This document shows positions 36,616-47,992 of a stretch of DNA of 64,000 bases, in pieces; the stretch's first letter is position 1; the number at the start of each line of letters is the position of its first letter. Position numbers and translations under genes: made by a program. The notes under the pieces were generated by a model. That model did not search any database. It was not told the DNA's origin and was given only the letters and a program-made list of their open reading frames with translations. The DNA comes from an uncultured Deinococcaceae bacterium. Lineage in GTDB: Bacteria > Deinococcota > Deinococci > Deinococcales > Deinococcaceae. The stretch spans positions 1 through 64,000 of the forward strand of contig CAXULY010000004.1 of assembly GCA_964252075.1 (NCBI GenBank). The letters are read 5' to 3'.

Positions 36616-37935
36616 ATGATGGCCGACCGACACGTCCTGCACGTCGCATCCGAGGTCTTCCCGTTTTCCAGGACCGGGGGGCTGGCCGATGTGCTGGGCG
36701 CCCTCCCCCGCACGCAGGCGCAAATGGGACTGCAGGTGAGTGTCCTGAGCCCCTGGTACCTGGACCTGCAGGGCGACCCCGACGAACTGCTGCGCGGCGA
36801 CGGCTGGCGCCTGGGCGAGATCGTGCAGGATGACGTGCGTTACCTGTTCCTGGAGACGCCGGGCTTCGACCGCCCCGGCCTGTACGCGAGTGACGACGTG
36901 TGGCGCTTCTCGCACTGGGGACGCGTGGCACTCACGGCGGTGCGCGAGGCGGGCGCGTGGCCGAGCGTGCTGCACGGGCACGACTGGGCGGCCGGACTGC
37001 CCGTGTGGCTGGCGAGGGACGCGGGCGTGCCGAGCGTGTTCACCATCCACAACCTGCAGTACCAGGGCCGCTGGAACATTCAGGACGCCCTGCCGTGGAC
37101 GGGCCTCCCAGTGTCCGCGTACGAGGGCGTGGAGTTCTACGGCGACCTGGATCTCATGAAGGCGGGGCTGGTGGCCGCGAGCGCCGTGACGACCGTGAGC
37201 CCCACCTACGCCGAGGAGATCCTCACGCCGCGCTTCGGGGAGGGCCTGGACGGCGTGCTGCGCGCGCGCGGCGGCGTGACAGGCATCCTGAACGGCCTGG
37301 ACACCCAGCGCTGGAACCCGGAGACCGACGCGCACCTGACCGCGACCTACGGGAACACCGCGGGCAAGGCCCCGAACCGGGCGGCATTGCGCGCGGAGTT
37401 CACGCTGGATAAGGCGCCCGTGCTGACCTGCGTGAGCCGTCTGGTGGAGCAGAAGGGCCTGGACCTGCTGCTCGCGGTCCTGCCGCGCGTGCTGGAGCAG
37501 TGGAACGTGATCGTGCTGGGCAGCGGCGACCCCGCCCTGGAGGCGGGCTTCGAGGCGATCAGCGGCCACCCGCGCTTCCGGCACGTGTCCGGCATGCACG
37601 AGGCGCTGTCGCACCGCCTGTACGCGGGCGCGGACGCCTTCGTGATGCCCAGCCGCTTCGAGCCGTGCGGCCTGTCGCAGATGATCGCCATGCGCTACGG
37701 CACGCCCGTCGTGGCGCACGCCACGGGCGGCCTGCGCGACACCGTGACGGACGACGTGGGCTTCACCTTCGCGGAGTTCAGCGAGGACGCCCTGCTGGAG
37801 GCCCTGACGCGCGCGCGCGCCGCGTACGCGCAGTACGGCGGGTGGCTGGGCCGCGTGAAGCGCGCCATGAGCCTGGATTTCTCGTGGCCGGTGCACGCCC
37901 GGCAGTACCTCGACCTGTACGAGCGCCTGACCTGA
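36616..37935 (+). CDS. glgA: Glycogen synthase
   Basis: SEVFPFSRTGGLADV, HGHDW, TIHNLQYQG, PSRFEPCGLSQM. Confidence 0.96.
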   Translation: MMADRHVLHVASEVFPFSRTGGLADVLGALPRTQAQMGLQVSVLSPWYLDLQGDPDELLRGDGWRLGEIVQDDVRYLFLETPGFDRPGLYASDDVWRFSHWGRVALTAVREAGAWPSVLHGHDWAAGLPVWLARDAGVPSVFTIHNLQYQGRWNIQDALPWTGLPVSAYEGVEFYGDLDLMKAGLVAASAVTTVSPTYAEEILTPRFGEGLDGVLRARGGVTGILNGLDTQRWNPETDAHLTATYGNTAGKAPNRAALRAEFTLDKAPVLTCVSRLVEQKGLDLLLAVLPRVLEQWNVIVLGSGDPALEAGFEAISGHPRFRHVSGMHEALSHRLYAGADAFVMPSRFEPCGLSQMIAMRYGTPVVAHATGGLRDTVTDDVGFTFAEFSEDALLEALTRARAAYAQYGGWLGRVKRAMSLDFSWPVHARQYLDLYERLT

Positions 37936-37975
37936 GCGGTGGTCGGCGGGGCCGGGCCTGCACTATCCTGACGCG

Positions 37976-38719
37976 GTGACGGAAACGGCTCCAGACACAA
38001 GCCTCGCGGTGGGCACGGCGGTGGTGCTGGTCTCCCCCAAGAACCCCGGCAACGTGGGGGCCGCCGCGCGCGCCATGCTGAACATGGGCGCGCGCGACCT
38101 GCGGCTGGTCGCGCCGCGCTGCGACCACCTGTCCGGCGAGGCGCGCGCGCTCGCGGTGCACGCGGGCGAGGTGCTCCAGGCGGCGCGCGTTTACGCCACG
38201 CTCGCGGAGGCGCTCGCGGACCGCGACCTCGCGGTGGGCACCACGGCGCGCGAGCGCGCGGACCTGCCCGCGCCGCGCCTGCCCGCGCAGTGGCGCGCGC
38301 TCTTCCAGGTGGCGGCGGCGCCCGCGCTGGTGTTCGGGCCGGAGGAGTCCGGCCTGAGCGGCGACGACCTCGCCCTGTGCCAGGCGACGGTGCGCATTCC
38401 CACCGGGGAGTACGCCAGCCTGAACCTCGCTCAGGCGGTGCTGCTGGTGTGTTACGAGTTCCTGCAGGGCGGCGACGCGCCACCCGTGGAGCGCAAGCGC
38501 GCACCGCGCGAGGAGATGGACGGCCTGTACGCGCAACTGCGGGACCTCATGCACCTGATCGGGTACACGGACGAGCAGCGCGAGCGGCACACCCTGCGCC
38601 TGTGGCGCGCGCTGCTGGACCGCGCGGAACCGTCGAGCGCCGAGGTGCGGCTCGTCCGGGGCTTCCTGAGTCAGGCGCGCTGGGCCGCCGTGGAGGGCCG
38701 CCCAGACCGCGAGTCCTGA
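37976..38719 (+). CDS. SPOUT RNA methyltransferase, TrmJ/LasT family
   Basis: PGNVGAAARAM, FGPEESGL, SLNLAQAV. Confidence 0.92.
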   Translation: MTETAPDTSLAVGTAVVLVSPKNPGNVGAAARAMLNMGARDLRLVAPRCDHLSGEARALAVHAGEVLQAARVYATLAEALADRDLAVGTTARERADLPAPRLPAQWRALFQVAAAPALVFGPEESGLSGDDLALCQATVRIPTGEYASLNLAQAVLLVCYEFLQGGDAPPVERKRAPREEMDGLYAQLRDLMHLIGYTDEQRERHTLRLWRALLDRAEPSSAEVRLVRGFLSQARWAAVEGRPDRES

Positions 38720-38727
38720 AGGGACCG

Positions 38728-39195
38728 TCAGCCCACGGAGTCGTCGTGCTCGGCGCTCAGCTGCCGGGACAGGCGACCCAGCAGGTTCAGCGTGACCAGC
38801 AGCAGCAGCGTCATGGCGAGCGCGAACACGTACAGGTGCAGCCCGCACGCCACCCCGACGCCCGCCGTGACGAGCAGCCCGGCGGCGGTGGTGACGCCGC
38901 GTGGTCGCCCGCGGTCCGAGAAGATGATGCCCGCGCCCAGGAAGCTCACGCCGCTCACCACGGCGCCCAGCAGCCCGATCAGGTCGAAGCGCACCTGCGC
39001 GGCGTCCCCCGCGAAGCGCACGATGATGGTGTCGGCCAGCACCACGAACAGCGCCGAGCCCATGCCCACCAGGATGTGCGTCCTGAGGCCCGCCCCGCGG
39101 CCCCGCCACTCGCGCTCCCAGCCGATCAGGGCGCTCAGCACGAAGGCCGCGAGCGGGCCCTGCACCAGCCGCAGTTCCTCCACGACTTCATTCAC
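38728..39195 (-). CDS. MgtC/SapB family membrane protein
   Basis: [30 protein letters not shown]. Confidence 0.92.
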   Translation of the reverse strand: MNEVVEELRLVQGPLAAFVLSALIGWEREWRGRGAGLRTHILVGMGSALFVVLADTIIVRFAGDAAQVRFDLIGLLGAVVSGVSFLGAGIIFSDRGRPRGVTTAAGLLVTAGVGVACGLHLYVFALAMTLLLLVTLNLLGRLSRQLSAEHDDSVG

Positions 39196-39309
39196 GACCG
39201 CAGCGTACGGGGTGAGTGACCACAGCGGCGTGAGCGCCGCATCCCCACGCGTTGATGGACGGCCCCCAACGCCTCAATTCCCCTGCGGACCCCGACCTAG
39301 ACTGGGGGC

Positions 39310-41046
39310 GTGAGTCTTCCCATCTTCTCCGGCAGCCCCCAGGTGACGCCACCGCCCGATGTGCGGGCCGCGCGGCGCATCCGGCTGGTGCAGGCGCTGC
39401 TGCCGCCCACCATCGTGCTGGTGGTGGTGCTGTACGAGGTGTTTCTGGTGCCGGCCCTCGGGGCGCGCCAAGAGCTGACCGCGCACCTGGCCTTCTACGG
39501 TCTGGTGGGGCCGCTCGTCACGTTCTTCACGCTGCGCTGGCTGGAGCGCGGCGTGGTGGCGCGCGAGGCCGCCGAGATCGAGCTGCGGCGCCTGTACGGC
39601 GAGCTGCGCGCCTCGCACCACCAGCTGGACACCGTGCAGGCCCTCATCCGCACGCTCGCGGAGGCCGCAGACCTCGACGAGGTGCTGGATGAGGCGGCGC
39701 AGGGCGCGCTGCGCGCCACGGGCGCCACGCACGCGCGCCTGAACCTGCCGGGCCTGGAGCGCCGCGCGCGCAGCGAGCACACGCTGCTGGAGAGCCCCTC
39801 GGCGGACCTCAGGGCGCTCACGTTGCCCCTCACGGGCGGCGGCCTGCCGCTCGGGGAGCTGCAACTGCATTTCGAGCGGCCGCCCACCGATGACCTGCTG
39901 CGCCTCGCGGGCGCCGTCGCGGCGGAGGTCGGCACGGCGATCGAGGCGGCGCGCAACCGCACGCGGGACCTCATGACCCTGTACGAGGTGGACCAGTCCA
40001 TCCGCGCGGAGCGCAACATGCGCCGGTTGCTGGAGCGGCTCACGGGGAACATCGCGGGGCGCGTCGCGGCGAACGCCCGCGCCGCGTACCTGACGGACCA
40101 GGACGGCGTGCTGCGCCTCACCTGGGCGAGCGACCTGACGGGCGAGGTGAGCCGCGGCGGCTTCGTGGCGCCCTTCGCGCGGCGCACGGCGGAGGCGGGC
40201 GGCCCGCTCCTCGCGACGCCCGAGGAGGCCGCCGAGGTCTTCACGGGCGCGCAGAGCGCCCTGGGCCTCCCCATGCTGGGCGAGGACGGCCTGACGGGCG
40301 TGATCGTGCTGGGTCGCGCGGAACCGCACGCCTTCGAGGGCGCGCGGCTGTCCCTGCTGGCGCTTCTGGCGTCGCAGGCGACCCTCGCGGTGCGCAACGC
40401 CCGCGCGTACCTGTACAGCGAGGAACTCGCGATCGGGGAGGAGCGCAGCCGCATCGCGCGTGAGATTCACGACGGCGTCGCGCAGTCCCTGGCCTTCTGC
40501 GCCTTGAAGCTGGACGTGGCGGAGCGGCAGGTGCGCGCGGACCCGGAGCGCGCCGAGGAGGAGATTCAGGTCGCCAAGACCATCCTGCGCGAGCAGATCC
40601 GCGAGGTGCGCCGCAGCATCTTCGCCTTGCGGCCCATCGATCTGGAGCGCTATGGGCTGCTGGAGACGGTGCGGCGCTACGTGTCGGACTTCGGGGAGCA
40701 GAACAACCTGCGCACGCACCTGAACGTGCACGGCGAGGTGACGCTCTCGCCGGGCGACGAGGCGGTGGTGTTCCGGATTCTGCAGGAGAGCCTGAACAAC
40801 GTCGCGAAGCACGCGCGCGCGCGCGAGCTGTGGGTGGACCTCACGGGCGGCCCCAGCGTGCAGCTGATGGTGCGCGACGACGGCCTGGGCTTCGACCTGG
40901 AGCAGGTGTCGGGGCGCGTGTCGAGCGCGGGCGGCCTGGGCCTCGCGCAGATGCGCGAGCGCGTCGAGAGCCGCGGCGGGCACTACAGCGTGCTGAGCGA
41001 ACCGGGACGCGGCACGCTGGTGGAGGCGAGCCTCCCGCAGCGCTGA
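39310..41046 (+). CDS. Membrane sensor histidine kinase with GAF domains (HisKA_3/NarX type)
   Basis: 2 [42 protein letters not shown]. Confidence 0.93.
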   Translation: MSLPIFSGSPQVTPPPDVRAARRIRLVQALLPPTIVLVVVLYEVFLVPALGARQELTAHLAFYGLVGPLVTFFTLRWLERGVVAREAAEIELRRLYGELRASHHQLDTVQALIRTLAEAADLDEVLDEAAQGALRATGATHARLNLPGLERRARSEHTLLESPSADLRALTLPLTGGGLPLGELQLHFERPPTDDLLRLAGAVAAEVGTAIEAARNRTRDLMTLYEVDQSIRAERNMRRLLERLTGNIAGRVAANARAAYLTDQDGVLRLTWASDLTGEVSRGGFVAPFARRTAEAGGPLLATPEEAAEVFTGAQSALGLPMLGEDGLTGVIVLGRAEPHAFEGARLSLLALLASQATLAVRNARAYLYSEELAIGEERSRIAREIHDGVAQSLAFCALKLDVAERQVRADPERAEEEIQVAKTILREQIREVRRSIFALRPIDLERYGLLETVRRYVSDFGEQNNLRTHLNVHGEVTLSPGDEAVVFRILQESLNNVAKHARARELWVDLTGGPSVQLMVRDDGLGFDLEQVSGRVSSAGGLGLAQMRERVESRGGHYSVLSEPGRGTLVEASLPQR

Positions 41047-41076
41047 GCGGGCCGGAGCGCCTGTACAGTGGGGGGC

Positions 41077-41802
41077 ATGGCTGACCGCCGCGCCCCCAAC
41101 TTCTGGCCCCGCCGCACCGCGCCGCCCTCCGGTGAGCGCCACGCGCCCATCGAGGTGGGGCGCCTGCACGCCTTCACGGACGGGGTGTTCGCGATTGCCG
41201 CGACGCTGCTGGTGCTGGAACTGCGCGTGCCGGAACTCGCGGAGCGGCTCTCCGGCGCCGCGCAGGAGCGCGCGTTGCTGCGCGGGCTAGGCGCCCTGTG
41301 GCCGCAGTTCCTGGCGTTCGGGCTGAGTTTCGTGCTGATCGGGCGGATGTGGGTGCTGCACAGCCGCTTCACCTGGGGCCTGCGCCGCGCGGACGCCGGG
41401 CTGGGGCAGCTGAACCTGCTGTACCTCCTCACCATCTCGCTGCTGCCGTTCAGCTCCGCGCTGCTGGGCGCGCACGGGAACCTGCGCGTGAGCTGGTGGG
41501 TGTACTGCCTGAACCTTGTCCTGATGGAGGTGTGCTTCCTGCGGCTGCTGACGTACGCCGCGCGGCACGGCAACCCCAGCGCCACCACGCACGCGCAGTG
41601 GCTGGGCACGCGCGCGCAGGCGCTCGCGGCGCTGTTGGTGTTCGTGCTGGCCGCACTGATCGCCGCGTGGAACGTCACCGCGGGCGAGCTGTCCACCCTG
41701 CTGCTCATTCCGGCGGGCGCCCTCGCCCACGCGCGCCGCGCACCCACGCCGCCTGACGCCGCGCCGGACGAGGACGCGCCCGAGGCGCCCGCCGCGCGTT
41801 AG
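41077..41802 (+). CDS. TMEM175/DUF1211 family (K+ channel-like) protein
   Basis: RLHAFTDGVFAIAATLLVLEL; NLLYL..LLPFS. Confidence 0.88.
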   Translation: MADRRAPNFWPRRTAPPSGERHAPIEVGRLHAFTDGVFAIAATLLVLELRVPELAERLSGAAQERALLRGLGALWPQFLAFGLSFVLIGRMWVLHSRFTWGLRRADAGLGQLNLLYLLTISLLPFSSALLGAHGNLRVSWWVYCLNLVLMEVCFLRLLTYAARHGNPSATTHAQWLGTRAQALAALLVFVLAALIAAWNVTAGELSTLLLIPAGALAHARRAPTPPDAAPDEDAPEAPAAR

Positions 41803-41812
41803 ACTGCCCGGC

Positions 41813-42859
41813 ATGAGCCTTGAATTCCTACGGCCGCTGCTGGAAGCGGCGGGCCCCAGCGGCTCCGAGCGGCGCGCGGCGGACGTGTGGCGCCGCGAGG
41901 CGGAGACCTTCGCGGACCGCGTGTACGAGGACCACTACGGCAACGTGTACGCCGAGATCGGGCCGCAGGACGCCGCGCCCGTCGCGCTGCTCGGGCACAT
42001 CGACGAGATCGGCCTGATGGTGTCGCACGTGGACGACAAGGGCCACGTGGCGGTGCTGGGCGTGGGCGGCTGGGACCCGCAGGTGCTGGTCGGTCAGCGC
42101 GTGCGCCTCCTCGCGCCCGGCGGGGACCTGCTCGCGGTGGTGGGCAAGAAGGCCATCCACCTGATGGACACCGCGGACCGCGAGAAGGCCAGCAAGATGG
42201 AGGACCTGTGGCTCGACACGGGCCTCACGCCGGACGAGGTGCGCGAGCGCGTGCCGGTCGGCACGGTGGGCGTGGTGGAGCAGCCTGTCGTGGTGATCGG
42301 GGAGCGCGTGGTGAGCCGCGCGCTCGACAACCGCATCGGCGCGTACGTGGTGCTGGAGGCGCTCCGCGCCGCGAAGGAACGCGGCGCGGCGCGGCGCGTG
42401 GTGGCGGTCGCGACGGCGCAGGAGGAGATCGGGCTGTTCGGCGCGCAGGTCGCGAGCTTCCGCCTGGAACCCGAGGCGCTCATCGCGGTGGACGTGACGC
42501 ACGAGACGGACCAGCCGGGCGCGAACGAGAAGAAGCTGGGCCGCGCGCCCTTCGGGAGTGGCGCGAACCTCTCGGTGGGCGCCATGAGCAACCCCGTGGT
42601 GGTGCGCGCCCTGCAGGCCGCCGCCGCCAAGGAGAACATCCCGTACTCCCTGTCCGCGAACCCGCGCTACACCGGCACGGACTCCGACAGCGCGACCCTC
42701 ACGCGCGCGGGCGTGCCGTCCGCGGTGGTGAGCATCCCCGAGCGGTACATGCACTCCCCCAGCGAGATGGTGGACCTGCACGACGTGCGCGCCTGCATCA
42801 ACATCATCGCGGCGTGGGTGTCGGGCCACCCGGAGAACGTCGACTACACCCGCAAGTAA
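41813..42859 (+). CDS. M42 family metallopeptidase
   Basis: GHIDEIG, ALDNR, QEEIG, DVTH, RYMHSP. Confidence 0.92.
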   Translation: MSLEFLRPLLEAAGPSGSERRAADVWRREAETFADRVYEDHYGNVYAEIGPQDAAPVALLGHIDEIGLMVSHVDDKGHVAVLGVGGWDPQVLVGQRVRLLAPGGDLLAVVGKKAIHLMDTADREKASKMEDLWLDTGLTPDEVRERVPVGTVGVVEQPVVVIGERVVSRALDNRIGAYVVLEALRAAKERGAARRVVAVATAQEEIGLFGAQVASFRLEPEALIAVDVTHETDQPGANEKKLGRAPFGSGANLSVGAMSNPVVVRALQAAAAKENIPYSLSANPRYTGTDSDSATLTRAGVPSAVVSIPERYMHSPSEMVDLHDVRACINIIAAWVSGHPENVDYTRK

Positions 42860-42867
42860 GCAGCAGG

Positions 42868-42899
42868 AGAGGGGGCGGGCGCATGCGCCCGCCCCCTCT
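42868..42899. repeat. 32-bp perfect palindrome between convergent genes
   Basis: agagggggcgggcgca|tgcgcccgccccctct. Confidence 0.7.
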
Positions 42900-42905
42900 T
42901 ACCTC

Positions 42906-44066
42906 TTATGTCTGCGCGTACGGTTCGTAGAGCTTCTGGTACTCGTCCATCGCGAAGCGGTCCGTCATGCCCGCGAGGTAATCGCACACGGCACGCTCCA
43001 GGCCCACGTCGTGCTCGCGCGCCTGCACGTCCGGCGGCAGCATGGCGGGGCGCCCCAGGTACGCCTTGAAGAGCGTCGTGAGGATGTGCTCCGCCTTGTG
43101 CACCTGCCGCTCCACGCGGTGGTGGTGGTATAGCCGCGCGCGCAGGAAGGCCTTCAGTTCCCGCAGGTCGCGCGCCGCCTCCACGCTCGGGCCCACCAGC
43201 GGGCCCCGGTGCTCCCGCACGTCCATCAGGTTCTGCACGTTCGCGGCCTGCAGGCGCCGCTCCGTCTCCTGAATGAGGTCCGTGATCATCCAGCCGAGCA
43301 GCTCGCGGATCAGCACGCGCCGTTCCTTCTCGTGCACGTGCAGCGGGTCGAACTTCAGTTGCGCCGTGAAGCGGTCCCACAGCGCGAGCCCCGCGAGGTT
43401 CGCGGGCGTGATGAGGCCGCTGCGCAGGCCGTCGTCGAGGTCGTGCGCGTTGTACGCGGTTTCGTCCGCGATGTTCGCGAGTTGCGCCTCCAGGCTGGGG
43501 CTCCAGTCCGGCTCGTACCCCGGGATGCCGCGCGTCTCGGGCTGCGTGAAGAGCGTCTCGTGCTTCGCGATGCCCTCCAGCGTCTCCCACGTGAGGTTCA
43601 GACCAGGAAAGCCCTCGTAGCGGTCCTCCAGCTTGGTCACGATGCGCATGCTCTGGCGGTTGTGCTCGAAACCGCCGTAATCGCGCATGAGGTCGTTCAG
43701 GATGCCTTCGCCCGCGTGCCCGAAGGGGGGGTGCCCCAGGTCGTGCGCGAGCGAGATGGTCTCCGCGAGCGTCTCGTTCAGGCCCAGCGCGAGCGCCACG
43801 CTGCGCGCAACCTGCGCGACCTCCAGGGTGTGCGTGAGCCGCGTGCGGTAGTAGTCGCCCTGGTGGTTCACGAACACCTGCGTCTTGTACTCCAGGCGCC
43901 TGAAGGCGGTGGTGTGCAGCACGCGGTCGCGGTCCTTCTGGTAGGGCGTGCGGTAGGTGCTCTCGGCTTCCGGGTAGGTGCGGCCCCTGGAGTCGGCTCC
44001 CAGGGTCGCGTAGGGCGCTAGGGTGGCCCGCTCGCGCTCCAGCAGGGCCTCGCGGGTGAAGAGCAT
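42906..44066 (-). CDS. dgt: dGTP triphosphohydrolase (HD family)
   Basis: FRRLEYKTQV, RTRLTHTLEV, HDLGHPPFGHAGE, DYLAGMTD. Confidence 0.94.
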   Translation of the reverse strand: MLFTREALLERERATLAPYATLGADSRGRTYPEAESTYRTPYQKDRDRVLHTTAFRRLEYKTQVFVNHQGDYYRTRLTHTLEVAQVARSVALALGLNETLAETISLAHDLGHPPFGHAGEGILNDLMRDYGGFEHNRQSMRIVTKLEDRYEGFPGLNLTWETLEGIAKHETLFTQPETRGIPGYEPDWSPSLEAQLANIADETAYNAHDLDDGLRSGLITPANLAGLALWDRFTAQLKFDPLHVHEKERRVLIRELLGWMITDLIQETERRLQAANVQNLMDVREHRGPLVGPSVEAARDLRELKAFLRARLYHHHRVERQVHKAEHILTTLFKAYLGRPAMLPPDVQAREHDVGLERAVCDYLAGMTDRFAMDEYQKLYEPYAQT

Positions 44067-44097
44067 ACCGGCAGGGTAGCAGAGGCCGCGCAGGGCC

Positions 44098-44834
44098 TCA
44101 GTGGGCGCGTTCCAACAGGGCGTTCAGGAAGTCCAGGAGGTGCGCGCGCAGGGCGTCCGCGTGCGTGAGCCACGGCACGTGCGCCGCGCCCGCGAGGGAC
44201 ACGAAGCGCGCGTGCGGCAGCAGCGCCGCGAGTTGCCGCAAGGGCCAGTCCGGGCGGATGTCCGTCTCGCCCCCCAGCACCAGGGCGGGCACGGGGAGGC
44301 CCGCGAGGCGGCGCAACAGGTCCGGCGTCTTGATGAACCGCCGCCAGGACGCGAGGGCCTCCTCGTTCACCTGTGGGTTGTACGGCGGCGGGGGTTCAGG
44401 CGTCTGGTCGAGGCCCGCGTCATTCCCGCGGTGGTACGCGGCACTCCAGTCGCGGTCGTTCTGCACGCCCGTGCCGCACAGGTGCAGCAGGCCCAGCGCG
44501 CGCCCTGGGTGGTGCAGGGCGTAGGCGAGCGCGAGGTCCGCGCCCCACGAGTGCCCACCCACCACCCAGCGCTCCACGCCCAGCTTGGCCCGCACCGCCT
44601 CCAGGTCCGCGAGGGTCGTGGCGAGGTCGTAGGGGCCGGGCCGCGAGGCGCGCCCGCAGCCGCGCACCTCCACGCGCAGCACGCGCGCCGCCCCCGAGAG
44701 GAGGTCTGCGACGGGCTGCAGGTAGTCATCGCAGCCGGGACCGCCGTTCAGGAGCAGCAGGGCCGGGCCGTCACCCTCCTCCATCAGCCACAGGCGGGCG
44801 CCGTTCACGCCCAGCGCCCGCCCGTGGCCGGGCA

Positions 44835-44835
<1 letters not shown>
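44098..44835 (-). CDS. Alpha/beta hydrolase (proline iminopeptidase-like)
   Basis: NGGPG, RGCG, GHSWG nucleophile, AAHVPW. Confidence 0.88.
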
Positions 44836-45799
<964 letters not shown>

Positions 45800-45803
<4 letters not shown>

Positions 45804-45865
45804 GCGGATTCCGGAGCGCCCGGCTGGGGGCGGGGGTGGGCGGGGGTGGTCAGGGTGTGCGGCAT
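45800..45865 (-). CDS. Putative 21-aa upstream ORF coupled to pfkA
   Basis: GGAGG-7nt-[24 protein letters not shown]; stop overlaps the pfkA ATG (ATGA). Confidence 0.45.
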
Positions 45866-45882
45866 GGGGAAACCTCCGGACG

Positions 45883-46749
45883 TCACTCCGCTGGCTCCTG
45901 TGCCTGGATGGCGCGCAGGGCCAGCGCGTAAGCGTCATTCTTACGCAAACCGCGCGACTGCAACAAGGCCCGGATCTCCCGCGCGCCCTGTCCCTGCGCC
46001 GCGAGGTCCTGCGCGAGCGCCGCCCAGTCGGGCTCGTCCGCCTGCGCCTCCCCTTCCGGGCGGCCCTCCACCACCACCACGATCTCACCGCGCACGCCGT
46101 CCTCGAAGCGCGCGGCGAGTTCCGCGAGGGGGCCGCGCGCCGTCTCCTCGAACTTCTTGCTCAGTTCACGCGTCACGCTCGCGCGCCGCCCCTCCCCGCA
46201 CACCCCCGCGAGGTCCAGCAGGGTCGCGGCGAGGCGGTGCGGGCTCTCGTACAGCACGCTGGTCTCCGCGCGCGCCGCGACCGCCGCGAGGCGCTCCCGG
46301 CGCTCACGCCCCGCGCGCGGCAGGAAGCCCTCGAAGGTGAAGCGCGCCGTGCTGAGGCCCGACAGCACCAGCGCGGGCACGAACGCCGTCGGGCCCGGCA
46401 GCACCTCCACGGGGATGTCCAGATTCACCGCGAGGCGCACGAGTTCCGCACCGGGGTCCGAGATGCCGGGCGTGCCCGCGTCCGACACGTACGCGAGGCG
46501 CGGGTGGCGCGCCAGCACCTCCGGCGCGCGGTTCATGGTGTGCGCGTCCAGCCGCACCAGAGGCTTGTGAATGCCCAGGTGCGTCAGGAGTCCCTGCGTG
46601 CGGCGCGTGTCCTCGCACGCCACCGCGTCCGCCGCGCGCAGCACCTCCGCCGCGCGCACCGTCAGGTCCCCGAGGTTGCCCACTGGGGTGGGCACCAGCC
46701 ACAGGCGCGCCTGCGCCGCATGAGCGTCCGCGTTCGGGCCCTCAGTCTC
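45883..46749 (-). CDS. rsmI: 16S rRNA C1402 2'-O-methyltransferase; start codon unresolved
   Basis: [45 protein letters not shown]. Confidence 0.93.
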   Translation of the reverse strand, partial: ETEGPNADAHAAQARLWLVPTPVGNLGDLTVRAAEVLRAADAVACEDTRRTQGLLTHLGIHKPLVRLDAHTMNRAPEVLARHPRLAYVSDAGTPGISDPGAELVRLAVNLDIPVEVLPGPTAFVPALVLSGLSTARFTFEGFLPRAGRERRERLAAVAARAETSVLYESPHRLAATLLDLAGVCGEGRRASVTRELSKKFEETARGPLAELAARFEDGVRGEIVVVVEGRPEGEAQADEPDWAALAQDLAAQGQGAREIRALLQSRGLRKNDAYALALRAIQAQEPAE

Positions 46750-46963
46750 CCGGAGCGGAATGGCCCTCGCCCTCCAGCATCAGGCCCGGCGTCGCGGGCT
46801 TCAGGCGCACGCGCACCTTGCGCGGTCGGTTCAGCGCGCTCGCGATGGTCGCGCGCAGCAACTCCGCCTCACCGACCGTCACGGTCACCACCGTACCTTC
46901 CGGCAGGCGGGTGCCGACCAGCACCACCACGCCGTCCTCAATCACGCCCTTGTATGCCCTCAT
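46742..46963 (-). CDS. Small hypothetical protein, weakly DUF104/AF2212-like
   Basis: GAGGTG SD; MRAYKGVIEDGVVV...LPEGTVVTVTV. Confidence 0.75.
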   Translation of the reverse strand: MRAYKGVIEDGVVVLVGTRLPEGTVVTVTVGEAELLRATIASALNRPRKVRVRLKPATPGLMLEGEGHSAPGD

Positions 46964-46966
46964 GCT

Positions 46967-47416
46967 TCACCTCGCGTCCTGCTGGGCCGCACCGGAAGGC
47001 TGAGTCCCCCGGCCCGCCCGCCTCAGCTGCGCGGCCAGTCTGGCGCGCAACGCCTCCATGTGATGTGCCTCAACGCCCGGCACGCAGGCGTACCGTTCCA
47101 GAATGTCCAGCGCCGCGCGGCGCCGCCCCAGCCGCAACAGCAGCAGGCTGAGGTGCTCGCCCTCCATATGGTACGACGCGGCGTCCGTGGGCGCCGCCTC
47201 CACCTGGGCGAGACCTGCGGCCACGCGCGCCGAGAGGTGCTGATACCAGCTCACCCGCCAGCGGATCAGCATGCCCGCCAGCACCAGCAGGCCCAGCGCC
47301 GACAGGGCGCTCGCACTCAGCGCGAGCGGCACCTCGAAGCGACTCGCAACCCGCACGGCCAGCGGAAAGAAGAACGCCAGCACCACCAGCACCGCCAGCG
47401 TCGCGGCGTAATTCAC
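46967..47416 (-). CDS. Hypothetical 2-TM protein with helical C-terminus
   Basis: GTG start VNYAATLAVLVVLAF; two TM segments. Confidence 0.7.
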   Translation of the reverse strand: MNYAATLAVLVVLAFFFPLAVRVASRFEVPLALSASALSALGLLVLAGMLIRWRVSWYQHLSARVAAGLAQVEAAPTDAASYHMEGEHLSLLLLRLGRRRAALDILERYACVPGVEAHHMEALRARLAAQLRRAGRGTQPSGAAQQDAR

Positions 47417-47469
47417 GCGCGCCCCCGGGCGCCGCACGCGCGCCACGGTGACCGGCGGGAGCGAAACAT
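47413..47469 (-). CDS. Putative leaderless 18-aa uORF
   Basis: TACACT-6nt-ATG; MFRSRRSPWRACGARGRA*; stop overlaps the next GTG (GTGA). Confidence 0.45.
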   Translation of the reverse strand: MFRSRRSPWRACGARGRA

Positions 47470-47549
47470 GGCGACAGTGTACGGCGCACGCCGCCCGAAT
47501 GGGCAGCTTTGAACTCATTTCGCGCGCCCAGGGCCGCTACAGTGACCGC

Positions 47550-47990
47550 ATGCGCCTGCACGTCATCACCGTCGGCGAGCCGAAACTGGCGTACGCCCGC
47601 GCGGGCTGGGACGAGTACGCCAAGCGCCTCGGGCGCTACCACAAACTGCGCGCCACGCACCTGCCCGGCGGCGGACCGGACCGCGAGGGCCCCGCCATCC
47701 TGCGCGCCGCCGCGCCCGCCCCCCTCATCGCGCTCGACCCGCGCGGCCCGCAGATGAGCAGCGAGGAACTCGCGGCCTTCCTGGACCGCATGGCGCTCGA
47801 TGGGCACGGCGAACTCGCCTTCTGCATCGGCGGGCCGGACGGCCTCTCGCAGGCGGTGCGGGACGGCGCGCACCGCCTGCTGGGCCTCTCGCGCCTCACG
47901 CTGCCACACGACCTCGCGATGGTGGTGCTGCTCGAAGCGCTGTACCGGGCGGGCAGCATCCAGCAGGGCTCACCCTACCACCGCGCGTAA
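47550..47990 (+). CDS. rlmH: 23S rRNA m3Psi1915 methyltransferase
   Basis: FCIGGPDG, LTLPHDLA..LLEALYRA, PYHR. Confidence 0.95.
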   Translation: MRLHVITVGEPKLAYARAGWDEYAKRLGRYHKLRATHLPGGGPDREGPAILRAAAPAPLIALDPRGPQMSSEELAAFLDRMALDGHGELAFCIGGPDGLSQAVRDGAHRLLGLSRLTLPHDLAMVVLLEALYRAGSIQQGSPYHRA

Positions 47991-47992
47991 AC

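Noticed and set aside
36616..36700. GlgA RTGG in place of KTGG as inactivation
   Set aside because: Conservative change with all other motifs intact
42906..44066. dGTPase as an anti-phage gene
   Set aside because: Short housekeeping-type Dgt with host-like composition in a core neighbourhood
46742..47416. DUF104-like gene plus neighbour as a toxin-antitoxin pair
   Set aside because: Similarity is weak and the neighbour is a membrane protein with no toxin motif
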